This document shows positions 7,501 through 16,455 of a DNA stretch of 20,294 nt, piece by piece. This stretch comes from Nannocystaceae bacterium (lineage in GTDB: Bacteria; Myxococcota_A; Polyangia; Nannocystales; Nannocystaceae). Below the pieces are notes generated by a model, which did not search any database, had not been told where the DNA came from, and saw only the letters and a program-made list of their open reading frames with translations. The position numbers and the translations under genes were made by a program. How positions within the stretch are numbered: the stretch's first letter is position 1; each line of letters opens with the position of its first letter. Location: NCBI GenBank assembly GCA_044344875.1, contig JBIJCC010000154.1, positions 1-20,294 on the forward strand, read 5' to 3'.

Positions 7501-8433
7501 ATGAAGACGTCCCTCACCGTGTGTTCGGCCCTGGCCACCCTGTTGATCGGCTGCGGCGCGCCCAAGGGCGCGACTGCCGACACCGCGCCGGTGGATCCCA
7601 GCGCCTCGGGTAGCAGCAGCGAGAGCAGTGGTGATGGTGGTGACGACGTCACGCCGGTGACCAGCGCCGAGAGCAGCAGCACTACCACACCGGTGGACGA
7701 CGACGACGGCGACGACGACGGCACGACCTTCATCCTCCAGCCCGACGTCGTGGGCGGAGTCGATTGCGATGTGTGGTCGCAGGACTGCCCGGACGGCGAG
7801 AAGTGCATGCCCTGGGCGAACAACGGCGGCAACTCGTGGAACGCAGCCAAGTGCGCGCCGGCGGACGACAACGCGGCCGAGGTCGGTGACGCGTGCAGCG
7901 TCGAGGGCAGCGGCGTCTCCGGCATCGACAACTGCGTCGTCGGTTCGATGTGCTGGAACGTCGACCCCGAGACCAACCAAGGATCGTGCGTCGCGTTCTG
8001 CAGCGGCACCGAGGCCAACCCGATCTGCGAAGACCCGGGCACGAGCTGCAACATCCTCAACGACGGCGTGCTCATCCTCTGTCTATCCAACTGCGATCCG
8101 CTCATCCAGGACTGCAACGACGGCGAGGCGTGCTACCCGACCAACGACGCGTTCTCGTGCGTGCCCGATGCCGGCGGCGAGAACGGGCTCTACGCCGAGC
8201 CGTGCGAGTTCCTCAACGTCTGCGACCCGGGCCTCTTCTGCGCCGTCGCCGACGGCGTCCCGGACTGCCAGGGCTCGAACGGCTGCTGCTCGCCGTTCTG
8301 CGACCTGAGCGACCCCGACGCCAGCACGAGCTGCCCGGGCGCGGCGGGTGGCCAGGAGTGCGTCGCGTGGTACGAGGAGAACCAAGCCCCGCCCGGCTAC
8401 GAGAACGTCGGCGCGTGCCTGATCCCGGCGTGA
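7501..8433 (+). CDS. Cys-rich repeat lipoprotein (310 aa), acidic, Ser/Asp-rich linker then about 30 Cys
   Basis: Signal peptide MKTSLTVCSALATLLIGCGA with lipobox LIGC. A low-complexity S/D/T linker follows. Then repeated modules C(D)xxxQDCxDGExCxP (CDVWSQDCPDGEKCMP, CDPLIQDCNDGEACYP) and other Cys-spaced units. Strong RBS. Confidence 0.75.
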   Translation: MKTSLTVCSALATLLIGCGAPKGATADTAPVDPSASGSSSESSGDGGDDVTPVTSAESSSTTTPVDDDDGDDDGTTFILQPDVVGGVDCDVWSQDCPDGEKCMPWANNGGNSWNAAKCAPADDNAAEVGDACSVEGSGVSGIDNCVVGSMCWNVDPETNQGSCVAFCSGTEANPICEDPGTSCNILNDGVLILCLSNCDPLIQDCNDGEACYPTNDAFSCVPDAGGENGLYAEPCEFLNVCDPGLFCAVADGVPDCQGSNGCCSPFCDLSDPDASTSCPGAAGGQECVAWYEENQAPPGYENVGACLIPA

Positions 8434-8445
8434 ACGGACGACCGG

Positions 8446-9480
8446 CTACAGCTCATGGTCCACGGCGTCGCGGAAGACGCGACGCCGGTGGATCTTCCAG
8501 CTCTCGCGCAGCTCGGCGTAGCGAGGATGCGCGACGCGTCGCATCGCACCGAGCAGGTAGCCGAGCGCGTAGCTGGGATCCTGCCAGCACTGCGCGCCCG
8601 CGCGGAGCGCTGCGATCTCGTCGACCCGCGATAGCGCGATCTCGACGTCCGAGGCATCGGCGTCCTCTGCCATGAGGAACAGGGCGTACATCGCTGCGCG
8701 CGGCTCGCCGTCGCCGAGGATCCGTTGGAGTCGTGGCGTCGCGTCGCTGTCGGACCCGCGCATGCTGCCCTCGCGGACGCGGTCCATGAACGCGAGCGCC
8801 GCTGGCGTATCGGTCGGATCGACGTCGTCCGGGGTGGTCGCGCGCCGGATCCGGAACGCCCCGGTGTCGTCGTGCGGGACGACCACCTCGAACTCCGGAT
8901 CGAGCGCCTCGCGTAGCCGCCGGGCGAAGGCCGCCAGGTCCCCCGACCAGTGGAGGTGCAGATCGCCGACGAGCGCGCCCCCTTGGAACGCGGTGCGGTG
9001 CGACTGCTTGTGCCAAAAGATGATCTCGTAGGCCTTCGAGTCGCCACCGCGGCGATGGATCTCCTTGGCCGCGTCTTCGTACCCGCCGCTCTGGGTCGGA
9101 CCGGCGTTGGCGAGCGCCACGACCTTGCCCTGGTTCATCGCCGCCATCGCGCGTCGCAGCTTGGTGAGATCGGTGATCGCCGAGCCGCGCTGCGCGGACG
9201 CGCGCTCGGGTACGACGGCCGCATCGTCGGCCGCTCGCGCCGGCGCAGGCACCCCGCTGGCCGTGTCGACGCACGCGTAGCCCTTGTTCTGCTTCTCCGC
9301 CGCGAGCTCGTCCGCGAGCTCGCGCGCCGCGGTGGCGCTCGCGCAGCTCTGCGTCTTCGACTGACCGTTCGCGCCGATCCGGCCCCACCGGGTGGTCACC
9401 GCCTTGCCGTCGGCGACCACCTCCCAGAACTTCGACGACTTGCCTTCGCGGAACTCGAGGTAGACGCGCATTGCCATCAT
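8446..9480 (-). CDS. WGR-domain protein (344 aa) with an uncharacterised C-terminal domain
   Basis: The N-terminus MRVYLEFREGKSSKFWEVVADGKAVTTRWGRIGANGQSKTQSCASATAARELADELAAEKQNKGY is a textbook WGR domain. The rest has no recognised motif and is not an obvious PARP catalytic H-G-S/Y/E signature. Confidence 0.75.
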   Translation of the reverse strand: MMAMRVYLEFREGKSSKFWEVVADGKAVTTRWGRIGANGQSKTQSCASATAARELADELAAEKQNKGYACVDTASGVPAPARAADDAAVVPERASAQRGSAITDLTKLRRAMAAMNQGKVVALANAGPTQSGGYEDAAKEIHRRGGDSKAYEIIFWHKQSHRTAFQGGALVGDLHLHWSGDLAAFARRLREALDPEFEVVVPHDDTGAFRIRRATTPDDVDPTDTPAALAFMDRVREGSMRGSDSDATPRLQRILGDGEPRAAMYALFLMAEDADASDVEIALSRVDEIAALRAGAQCWQDPSYALGYLLGAMRRVAHPRYAELRESWKIHRRRVFRDAVDHEL

Positions 9481-9587
9481 CTTATCGACGCCACAGCCGC
9501 GGGGGAGTTGCGCTCATGCCGTGCACGATCGGCGGATGACCGCCACTCTTGTCACGCGCGCCTGTGCCGTGGCAGATTGTCCGCGTG

Positions 9588-9809
9588 ATGGATGGACGGC
9601 GACGCTGGGTGGTGGGGTCTGCGTTGGTGCTCAGTGGTTGTGCGCCGACGGTGAACGCGACGTCGACGGGGGACGGCGAGACCACTGCTGCGAACGCGAG
9701 CTCGTCCTCGTCGACGACCGCGTCGGGGATCGTCTCGGCGTTCCTGCCGGGCGCCAACACGCCGATCCTCGCCACACCGGACCAGCTCATCCGCGTCGGC
9801 CTGCAGTGA
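9588..9809 (+). CDS. Small lipoprotein (73 aa)
   Basis: MDGRRRWVVGSALVLSGCAPTV has a classic n/h/lipobox (LSGC) signal. An upstream in-frame GTG/TTG start is also possible. It sits directly upstream of the ECF sigma gene. Confidence 0.4.
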   Translation: MDGRRRWVVGSALVLSGCAPTVNATSTGDGETTAANASSSSSTTASGIVSAFLPGANTPILATPDQLIRVGLQ

Positions 9810-9857
9810 GACCCGGTCCATCGGGATCCCGCGCCAGGTTGCGCTACCCTGGCGGGG

Positions 9858-10475
9858 TTGCCGACCGACCTCGAGCTCCTCCAGCGATGGCGAGCGGGCG
9901 ATGCCGCCTCCGGCAGCGCCCTGTTCGAGCGGCACTTCGACGCGCTGTGCCGGTTCTTCCGCAACAAGCTCGGGGGCGTTGGCGTCGACGATCTGATCCA
10001 GCGCACGTTCCTCGCGCTGGTCGAGCACCGCGAACAGTTCCGCGGGGACTCGAGCTTCCGCACCTACCTGTTCACGGTGGCGCGGCACGAGCTGTACGCC
10101 CACCTCGAGCGCTCGGGCCGCGACGCGGCGCGGTTCGATCCCCTCGTGCACTCGGCCCACGATCACGGCGCATCGCCGACGACCGTGGTCGCGCAGCGCC
10201 GCGAGCAGCGGCTGCTCCTCGAGGCGCTGCGCCGGATCCCGATCGAGCTGCAGCTCGTGCTCGAGCTGTTCTACTGGGAGGACCTCGCGGCGCCCGAGCT
10301 CGGGCGGATCCTCGAGGTCCCCGAGGGCACGGTGCGCACGCGACTGCGAAGGGGACGTCAGCTCCTCGAGCAGGCGCTGCACGAGCTGGGCGATGGTGAC
10401 GCGGCGCTGTCGACCACGCTCGCGGGGCTCGAGGACTGGGCGCGATCGATCCGCGAGCACGCCGGCCGCCCGTGA
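9858..10475 (+). CDS. ECF-type RNA polymerase sigma-70 factor (205 aa)
   Basis: Sigma region 2 (DLIQRTFLALVEHREQFRGDSSFRTYLFTVARHEL) and region 4 (LVLELFYWEDLAAPELGRILEVPEGTVRTRLRRGRQLL). TTG start at 9858 is inferred; no in-frame ATG between the upstream stop and region 2. Confidence 0.85.
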   Translation: MPTDLELLQRWRAGDAASGSALFERHFDALCRFFRNKLGGVGVDDLIQRTFLALVEHREQFRGDSSFRTYLFTVARHELYAHLERSGRDAARFDPLVHSAHDHGASPTTVVAQRREQRLLLEALRRIPIELQLVLELFYWEDLAAPELGRILEVPEGTVRTRLRRGRQLLEQALHELGDGDAALSTTLAGLEDWARSIREHAGRP

Positions 10476-10490
10476 GCCCGATGCGCGCTG

Positions 10491-11078
10491 CTACAGCGCG
10501 GTGCCGACGAACGGCACCGAGAAGCCGCACGGGAACGCGACGCCGAGCGCTCCGGCTGCGAGCGCGCAGTCGGCCCCCTCGCACTCGATGCGGCCGTTCT
10601 GCACGCCGTCGAGCGTGGTCGCGCGGGTGAGCGTGCCCTCGACCGACACCCGGATGTTGCCGACGGCGTCGAGGCCGGCGACCTCGTCGGTCATTCCGGT
10701 GAAGCGCTCGGCGCAGTCGAACGCCCCGTCGCCGAAGGTGCACTCGAACGGCTCGGTCTCGTCGCCGGGGGTCAACGTCAGCGAGTCGGGTCCCGTCAAC
10801 GCGATCTGGAACAGGCCGAAGCCGTTGCTGGGATCGGCCAGGAACGTGCAGTCGTTGGTCGCGCCGGCGGTCTCCTCGTACTGCCACAGTCCCTCGGCCG
10901 GGGTGACGTCCGCGCCCGAGTCGTCGCCGCTCTCGTCCGCGGAATCCGAGCTCGCGCTCGCCGAGGCGCTCGGGTCGTCGGTGCCGGCGCCGTCGTCGTC
11001 GCCTCCGTCCGAGATCACGCAGGCGGGGGTCGAGACGAGGCAGGCGAGCAGGGCGACGCGGGAAAGCACAGGGGTCAT
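10491..11078 (-). CDS. Secreted or lipoprotein-like protein (195 aa) with acidic S/D linker and 8 Cys
   Basis: ATG at 11078 is preceded by GGAGGA (7-nt spacing). Signal-like N-terminus MTPVLSRVALLACLVSTPAC, then D/S/G-rich linker, then Cys-containing domain. The rest of the long minus ORF (to 14105) is a shadow of the kinase gene on the other strand. Confidence 0.65.
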   Translation of the reverse strand: MTPVLSRVALLACLVSTPACVISDGGDDDGAGTDDPSASASASSDSADESGDDSGADVTPAEGLWQYEETAGATNDCTFLADPSNGFGLFQIALTGPDSLTLTPGDETEPFECTFGDGAFDCAERFTGMTDEVAGLDAVGNIRVSVEGTLTRATTLDGVQNGRIECEGADCALAAGALGVAFPCGFSVPFVGTAL

Positions 11079-11303
11079 GTCGGTTCCTCCGCGGCCGGTA
11101 GAGGGCCGAGTTCCGCGGATCGATTGCGGCGCGGGGCCGCTGGGCGTGGCCCGCGTCACAACGCGGCCCCCACGCCCCGCCGCCGCCGAATCCCCCGACC
11201 CGCCGCGCGTCGAGGATCGGCGGTGTCCGCCCTGCGCATCGATGGTTCGAGCGAAGATGGACGCGACGTGGCGGGACCCGACCAACCCACGCGGCCGACC
11301 GCG

Positions 11304-14168
11304 ATGAACAGCCCCCGCGCAGCCGACGTGGACGCCCGCGTGCGCGAGGCGGCGCCCGCCGGTCGTGATCTGCAGGCGGCACGGTGGCACGGCGAGGTCG
11401 CCCTGCGGTTGTTCGGCACCGCACCTCCCGTGACCTCCGTCGGTCGCTACCAGCTCGTCGAACGCAGGGGCGGAGGCGCCAGTGGCGAGGTCTGGGCGGC
11501 GATCGATCCCGAGCTCGATCGCCGCGTCGCGCTGAAGATCCTCCACGCCGAACTCGGCCCCGAGCCCGCCCACGCCGCGATGATCCGCGAGGCGAAGGCG
11601 CTCGCGAAGCTCTCGCACCCGAACGTCGTGCCGGTGTTCGACGCCGGCGTCCACGACGGCCGCGTGTTCATGGCGCTCGAGCTGGTCGAGGGCACGACGA
11701 TGCGGGCGTGGATGGAAGCCAAGCCGCCGTGGCGTGACATCGTCGCGGTCTTCGCCCAGGCCGCGCGTGGCCTGCTCGCCGCCCACGTCGCGGGCATCGT
11801 GCACCGCGACGTCAAGCCCGAGAACATCCTGGTCGGCAACGATGGCCGCGTGCGCGTGTCCGACTTCGGCATCGCGCGGCCGACCGGAACCCACGCCATC
11901 GATGCGTCGGCCGGTACGCTCCAGTCGACCGCGGGCATCGGCACGCCCGCGTACATGGCCCCCGAGCAGTTCCTCGGCGACCCCGTCGCCGCGCGCACCG
12001 ATCAGTTCGGCCTGTGCGTCGCGCTGCACGAGGCGCTGTGGGGCGAGCGGCCGTTCGCGGGGCGCGACCGGACGATGCTCGCCGCGAACGTCATCGCCGG
12101 CCGGCGCCGCGCGCCGCCGACCGAGTCCGACGTCCCCGGGTGGTTGGCCCGCGTCGTGTCGCGGGGCCTGAGCGTCGATCCGGCGCGGCGTTGGCCGGAC
12201 CTCGCCGCGATGCTCCGCGCGCTCGAAGGTCCGCGGCGTCGACGGGGGCCGACCGCGATCGGCGTCGCCGCGATCGGCGTGGCGGCGCTGGCATGGGCAC
12301 CGTGGCAGACCGCGGCCGCGCCCGCGTGCGACGACGGCGCGGCGCGGCTGGCCGCAGCGTGGAACGACGCCGCCGCCGATCGCATCCGCGACGCCTTCGC
12401 CCGCACCGGCACCACCCACGCCGACGAGCGCGCGACGGCGTTGGTCGCCGAGTTCGATCGCTTCGGCGAGGCGTGGCGCTCGGCCCACGACGACGCGTGC
12501 CTCGCCGCCGTCGACGACGGCACACGCATCGCCCGACAGTACTGCCTGCACACGCGGCTGCTCGAGCTGCAGTCGATGGCGACCGCCTTGGGCCAGGCCG
12601 ACGCCGCCGTGGTCGAGCACGCGGCGCGCGGGGGCACGACGCTGCGCGCCCCGGGCGAGTGCCGCTACCTGGCGCCGCCGGCCGTCGCAGCGGCCACCGA
12701 CCCACAGCAGGACCTCGAGCTGCGCGCTGCGATCGCGACCGCGCGGGCGCTCGGCGACGTCGGCCGCATGGACGCCGGGCTCGCGCAGGTGCGAGACGCG
12801 GTCGGGCGCGCCCAGGACCTGGGCAACCGCTCGCTCGAGGCCGAGGCCTTGCTGGTCACCGCCGAGCTGCAGGTGCCGCTGGTCGGGACCCAGCCCGACG
12901 TCGATCCCATGCCCACGCTCCACGCCGCGCTGCTCGCGGCCGAGGCCGCGCACCGACCCGATCTCGTCGCGCTCGTCGTGGTCGCCACGATGGAGTCGGA
13001 GCTGATCCGCGGCGACTACGATCGCGCCGAGCTGCTCGAGCCGCGCGCGCGCGAGGTCGCGACGACGATGGGCGATCCACCGGAGCTGGTCGGGCGCATC
13101 GACCTGGCCGCGGGCGAGATCCTGATCATGGCGCACCAGCACGCCGCGAGCGTCGCGCTGCTCGAGCGCGCCCGCGATCGCTTCGAACGCAGCGGTCCGT
13201 CGAGCCGACGCTGGCTCGCGCAGACGCTCAACCTGCTCGGCGAGACCGAGTTCCGCGCGGGCGCCTACGCGGCCGCGCGGCCACAGTACGAGCGCGCGCT
13301 GGGGATCCTCCGCGAGGATCTCCGCGCGCACCACCTGCTGGTCGCCAACGCCACCGGCAACCTCGCCGAGACCTACTTCGTCGTCGGCGACTTCACCACC
13401 GCGGCGCGCTACTTCGAGGAGGCGCTGGCGATCCGGCGCGAGATGTTCGGCGCCGACTCGGTCTGGGTCCGGCACACGCTGGGGCACCTCGGCGATCTCG
13501 CGTGGGAGCAAGGCGACCCCGAGCGCGCGCTGCAGGCCTACACCACCGCGCTCGCGCAGCCCGAGCCGCCGGTCGGATCCGAGACGCTGCCCAACGTGCT
13601 GCGCGACCTGCAAACCCAGCAGCAACGCTCGTGGATGCACAACGGCGCCGCGCTGGCGTTGCTCGACCTCGGGCGACTCGAGGAGGCCCTCGTCCACGCG
13701 GAGCTCGGCGACGACGCACCGCTGGCGGAGGATTTCCAGCACCCCGATCTCACCGGTCGCATCGATGTGCGTGGCCTGGTCCTGCTCGCGATGGGCCGCA
13801 CCGACGACGCCGGCGCGGCGTTGGATGCCGCGCTCGCGCGGCTCGAGCACGGCTACCCCGACGGCGCGCGCACGGTCGCGTTCGCCTCGATCGGCCTGGG
13901 CCGAGCGCTGCTCGCCGCCGGCCACCGAGACCGCGCCGCGGCGGCGCTGCAGCGCGGCCTGGCGATGTTCACCGCGACGCCCCTGGCCTATCCGCGGATG
14001 CAGGCGGCGGCTCGGTTCGCCCTCGGGCAGGCGTGGGCCGACGATCCGCTCCGGGCCGACCGCGGACGCGAGCAGGTCCGCGCCGCAATCACGCTGCTCG
14101 CCCATGCCGAGGGCACCGCAGCGCGCGAGCGCGACGCGATGCTCGCGTGGTCCAGCGCCGCGCCGTAG
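11304..14168 (+). CDS. Transmembrane Ser/Thr protein kinase with extracytoplasmic 4-Cys + TPR-rich C-terminal region (954 aa)
   Basis: Hanks kinase motifs: GGGASGEV (Gly loop), VALKIL, HRDVKPENILV, DFGIA, AYMAPE. Predicted TM helix GPTAIGVAAIGVAALAWAPW. Then conserved Cys and TPR-like repeats (AYAAARPQYERALGI..., FTTAARYFEEALAIRREMFG...). Start ATG 11304 chosen; an upstream GTG is possible. Confidence 0.88.
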   Translation: MNSPRAADVDARVREAAPAGRDLQAARWHGEVALRLFGTAPPVTSVGRYQLVERRGGGASGEVWAAIDPELDRRVALKILHAELGPEPAHAAMIREAKALAKLSHPNVVPVFDAGVHDGRVFMALELVEGTTMRAWMEAKPPWRDIVAVFAQAARGLLAAHVAGIVHRDVKPENILVGNDGRVRVSDFGIARPTGTHAIDASAGTLQSTAGIGTPAYMAPEQFLGDPVAARTDQFGLCVALHEALWGERPFAGRDRTMLAANVIAGRRRAPPTESDVPGWLARVVSRGLSVDPARRWPDLAAMLRALEGPRRRRGPTAIGVAAIGVAALAWAPWQTAAAPACDDGAARLAAAWNDAAADRIRDAFARTGTTHADERATALVAEFDRFGEAWRSAHDDACLAAVDDGTRIARQYCLHTRLLELQSMATALGQADAAVVEHAARGGTTLRAPGECRYLAPPAVAAATDPQQDLELRAAIATARALGDVGRMDAGLAQVRDAVGRAQDLGNRSLEAEALLVTAELQVPLVGTQPDVDPMPTLHAALLAAEAAHRPDLVALVVVATMESELIRGDYDRAELLEPRAREVATTMGDPPELVGRIDLAAGEILIMAHQHAASVALLERARDRFERSGPSSRRWLAQTLNLLGETEFRAGAYAAARPQYERALGILREDLRAHHLLVANATGNLAETYFVVGDFTTAARYFEEALAIRREMFGADSVWVRHTLGHLGDLAWEQGDPERALQAYTTALAQPEPPVGSETLPNVLRDLQTQQQRSWMHNGAALALLDLGRLEEALVHAELGDDAPLAEDFQHPDLTGRIDVRGLVLLAMGRTDDAGAALDAALARLEHGYPDGARTVAFASIGLGRALLAAGHRDRAAAALQRGLAMFTATPLAYPRMQAAARFALGQAWADDPLRADRGREQVRAAITLLAHAEGTAARERDAMLAWSSAAP

Positions 14169-14181
14169 CGCGCCGTCGAGC

Positions 14182-16356
14182 TCACGCGTCGACGACCGGC
14201 ACCGACTCGACGACGAGCTTGGCCTCGTCGTCGTCGCGCGAAACCAGCATCACCTTGAAGGCGTCGCGATCGGCGTGCAGCTCGTCCCCGACGGCGACCA
14301 GCACGCGCCAGCTCTCGAGCCGCGCGCTGCTCATCACCAACGCCGGCCCGGCGGCGACGTGCTTGCCGGACTTCCCGGCGCACTTGGTGCCCGTGCCCGG
14401 CGCGAACACGGACCCGCACTCGCGGCAGATCTTCCAGGTGCGACGCAGCGCGAGCATGGCCTGCGCACCGCCGGGGAAGCGCGGCTCGGATCCCTGGGGC
14501 ACGCTGACGCGATCGACGACCGCAGCGTCGCGCAGCGCGAAGTCGGGGAACAGACCCGACGGCACATGACGACCGCCCGCCGAGCAGGCGCCGGCGTGGC
14601 CGAACATGCCCGCGCACTTGGTGCAGCGCCAGGTCGAGACGATGCCGGGCACGATGCGCCAGCGCTCCGCGGCGTGATCGTGATCCTCGAGCACGTGGGC
14701 CTCGCCGGTCTTGGCGCACCGCTGCGAGCGGGTGTACCCGACGATGCCGCACTTGCGACACGTCGACCACCCCTGGTGCGTGCTCGCACCGCGACGCACG
14801 ACGTCGAGGGTGAAGAACGGGCTGCGACGGACCTCGTGGGTGCCACCGGCGGCGCACGGCGCCGTGGCGCGCTGCGGATCGATGAGCGTGCGGCAGCGAC
14901 TGCACGCGCGGAATCCCGTGCCGGTCTCGCTGGTGCGCAGCGCGTAGGCCGTGGTCATGTCGCTGCGGTGCTCGCCGCCGGCGGCGCACGCACTGCCCTC
15001 GCCGGAGCCCGCGTGCCACAGACCGTTGCAGCGGAAGCATCGACGCCAACCCGGCACCGCGCGGACGTAGCCGTTGTCGAACGGCACGGCGAGATCGGTG
15101 CTCTCGAATTCATGCACGCCACCGGCGCGGCAACCGAGCTCGGCGGTGTCGACCGCGACCCCGCAGGCCGTGCACGCGCGAAAACCATCGACGCCGCGCG
15201 AGCCTCGGCCGAGCAGGCGCCGCAGCTGCAAGCGCTCGTCGGCGGGCAGGTGCGACTCGATGCCTCGACCGCTGCGCATCTCGACGGTGTACACGCCGCC
15301 GGGCGCGTCGATCTGCAGGAGCACCGGCTCGGGCGCGGCGGCATCGGCCAGGGCGATCGTCGCCTCGAAGCGGCGGCCGGGCTTCCACGTCACGGTCGTC
15401 ACCCGCTCGGGCGGCAGCCATCCGGCGAGCCACGACGCGGCGAGCGGCGGCACCGGCCCGCGCTCGGCGAACCGCGGGTGCGGTGCGGGCCGGAACCCGC
15501 GCCCGGTCGCGTCGAGATCGTCGTGGACCCCGAGCGCCGCGGCCACCGCCCGCGTGCCCCAGCTCGAGGTCGGGAAGGACTCCTGCGCCACGGCCAGCGG
15601 TCGATCGAGATCGAGGTTGTGCGGCACCGGCACGCCCTCGGTGCTCTCGAGGCAGCCACGATCGGCGAGCTCGACGGAGATCACGCGCTGGCAATCGCGA
15701 CACTCGGCCCACTGCACGTCGCCGTCGGCGGCCCGCGCCAGACTGAAGCGATCGCCGCCGGTGTGACCGGTCGGGTTCTTCGGGCAGTGGCCGCGGGAGT
15801 TGCCGTCGAAGGCCCAGATCGCGTGGCACGACGAGCAGTTCTGGTAGTGGATCTCGCCCTCGGTCGCGCGCGCGAGCTCGAAGGTGCCGCGATCGTCGAA
15901 CGCGTGTCCGCCCTCGGGGCTCCCCCAGCAGTGCGACAGCGCGGCGTTGGGGGCGAGGTGCAGCGCGCCGCAGTACCGGCAGCGTCGCAACCCGCCCTGG
16001 CCGCCATGGGTGATCCAGTCGGCGACGACGTCGCCTTCGATCGCGCCGGTCCGAGCGAGCCGAGCGTTGACGATCGCGACCAGGCCACCGGCGATCGGCT
16101 CGGCGGTCAGCGTGCGCGCGTGGGCGGCCAGCTCCGGCAGCTCGAGGCCCGCGAGTTCCTCCTGCAGCAGCGGGCTCTCGAGCCAACCGTGCCACTCGAA
16201 CTCGAGCGTCAGCGCGCCCTGGCCGACCTGCTCGAGGTCGGCGCGGATGCCCTGCAGCCACGCCCGCACCGCCGCCTCCTCGGCGACGCCGGCGACGTCC
16301 TTCGCCCGCACGCCGAGCACCACGAACGCGACCCGACCTCGAACCCGTGCGCGCAT
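14182..16356 (-). CDS. Tandem Cys3-His repeat protein (724 aa): about 9 repeats of W-x1-2-C-x2-C-x10-14-C-x2-(G/A)-G-x-H, putative zinc-ribbon-like array; no signal peptide
   Basis: Repeats read directly: GLRRCRYCGALHL...CWGSPEGGH; YQNCSSCHAIW...CPKNPTGH; GFRACTACGVAV...CRAGGVH; GWRRCFRCNGLW...CAAGGEH; GFRACSRCRTLI...CAAGGTH; GWSTCRKCGIVG...CAKTGEAH; TWRCTKCAGMFG...CSAGGRH; TWKICRECGSVF...CAGKSGKH. Continuous 724-codon ORF, convergent with kinase 1 and divergent from kinase 2. Confidence 0.75.
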   Translation of the reverse strand: MRARVRGRVAFVVLGVRAKDVAGVAEEAAVRAWLQGIRADLEQVGQGALTLEFEWHGWLESPLLQEELAGLELPELAAHARTLTAEPIAGGLVAIVNARLARTGAIEGDVVADWITHGGQGGLRRCRYCGALHLAPNAALSHCWGSPEGGHAFDDRGTFELARATEGEIHYQNCSSCHAIWAFDGNSRGHCPKNPTGHTGGDRFSLARAADGDVQWAECRDCQRVISVELADRGCLESTEGVPVPHNLDLDRPLAVAQESFPTSSWGTRAVAAALGVHDDLDATGRGFRPAPHPRFAERGPVPPLAASWLAGWLPPERVTTVTWKPGRRFEATIALADAAAPEPVLLQIDAPGGVYTVEMRSGRGIESHLPADERLQLRRLLGRGSRGVDGFRACTACGVAVDTAELGCRAGGVHEFESTDLAVPFDNGYVRAVPGWRRCFRCNGLWHAGSGEGSACAAGGEHRSDMTTAYALRTSETGTGFRACSRCRTLIDPQRATAPCAAGGTHEVRRSPFFTLDVVRRGASTHQGWSTCRKCGIVGYTRSQRCAKTGEAHVLEDHDHAAERWRIVPGIVSTWRCTKCAGMFGHAGACSAGGRHVPSGLFPDFALRDAAVVDRVSVPQGSEPRFPGGAQAMLALRRTWKICRECGSVFAPGTGTKCAGKSGKHVAAGPALVMSSARLESWRVLVAVGDELHADRDAFKVMLVSRDDDEAKLVVESVPVVDA

Positions 16357-16455
16357 GCAGTGCGCGCGGGTCTACACGGGGGCCGCGCGCATGGCAAGCC
16401 GTCGCGGCGCCGCGCGGAGTCGACGACGCCCGAGCGCCGCGGTAGCGTCGGTTCC

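Noticed and set aside
8397-9388. Overlapping ORFs 8397-9047 minus, 8453-9388 minus, 8950-9588 plus
   Set aside because: Alternative-frame or antisense shadows of the WGR-domain gene, with arginine-rich low-complexity translations.
9552-10460. 302-aa minus-strand ORF opposite the ECF sigma gene
   Set aside because: It is antisense to a gene with clear sigma-70 region 2 and region 4 motifs, and its translation shows no motifs.
10491-14105. 1204-aa minus-strand ORF
   Set aside because: Only the 3' 588 nt (10491-11078) form a plausible gene (RBS, signal peptide). The rest is the stop-free antisense shadow of the kinase gene in a >70% GC region, and it contains low-complexity R/G/A-rich translation.
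14500-15766. CxxCH in repeat 2 of the Cys3-His protein (CSSCH) as a possible heme-binding site
   Set aside because: It is the only CxxCH among nine repeats and the protein has no signal peptide. It is more likely part of the Zn-ligand pattern than a c-type cytochrome motif.
13765-16455. Upstream part of the 1801-aa plus-strand ORF
   Set aside because: It is the antisense shadow of the Cys3-His repeat gene. The kinase-like sequence only begins at about 16456, and the upstream translation is R/A/G-rich nonsense.
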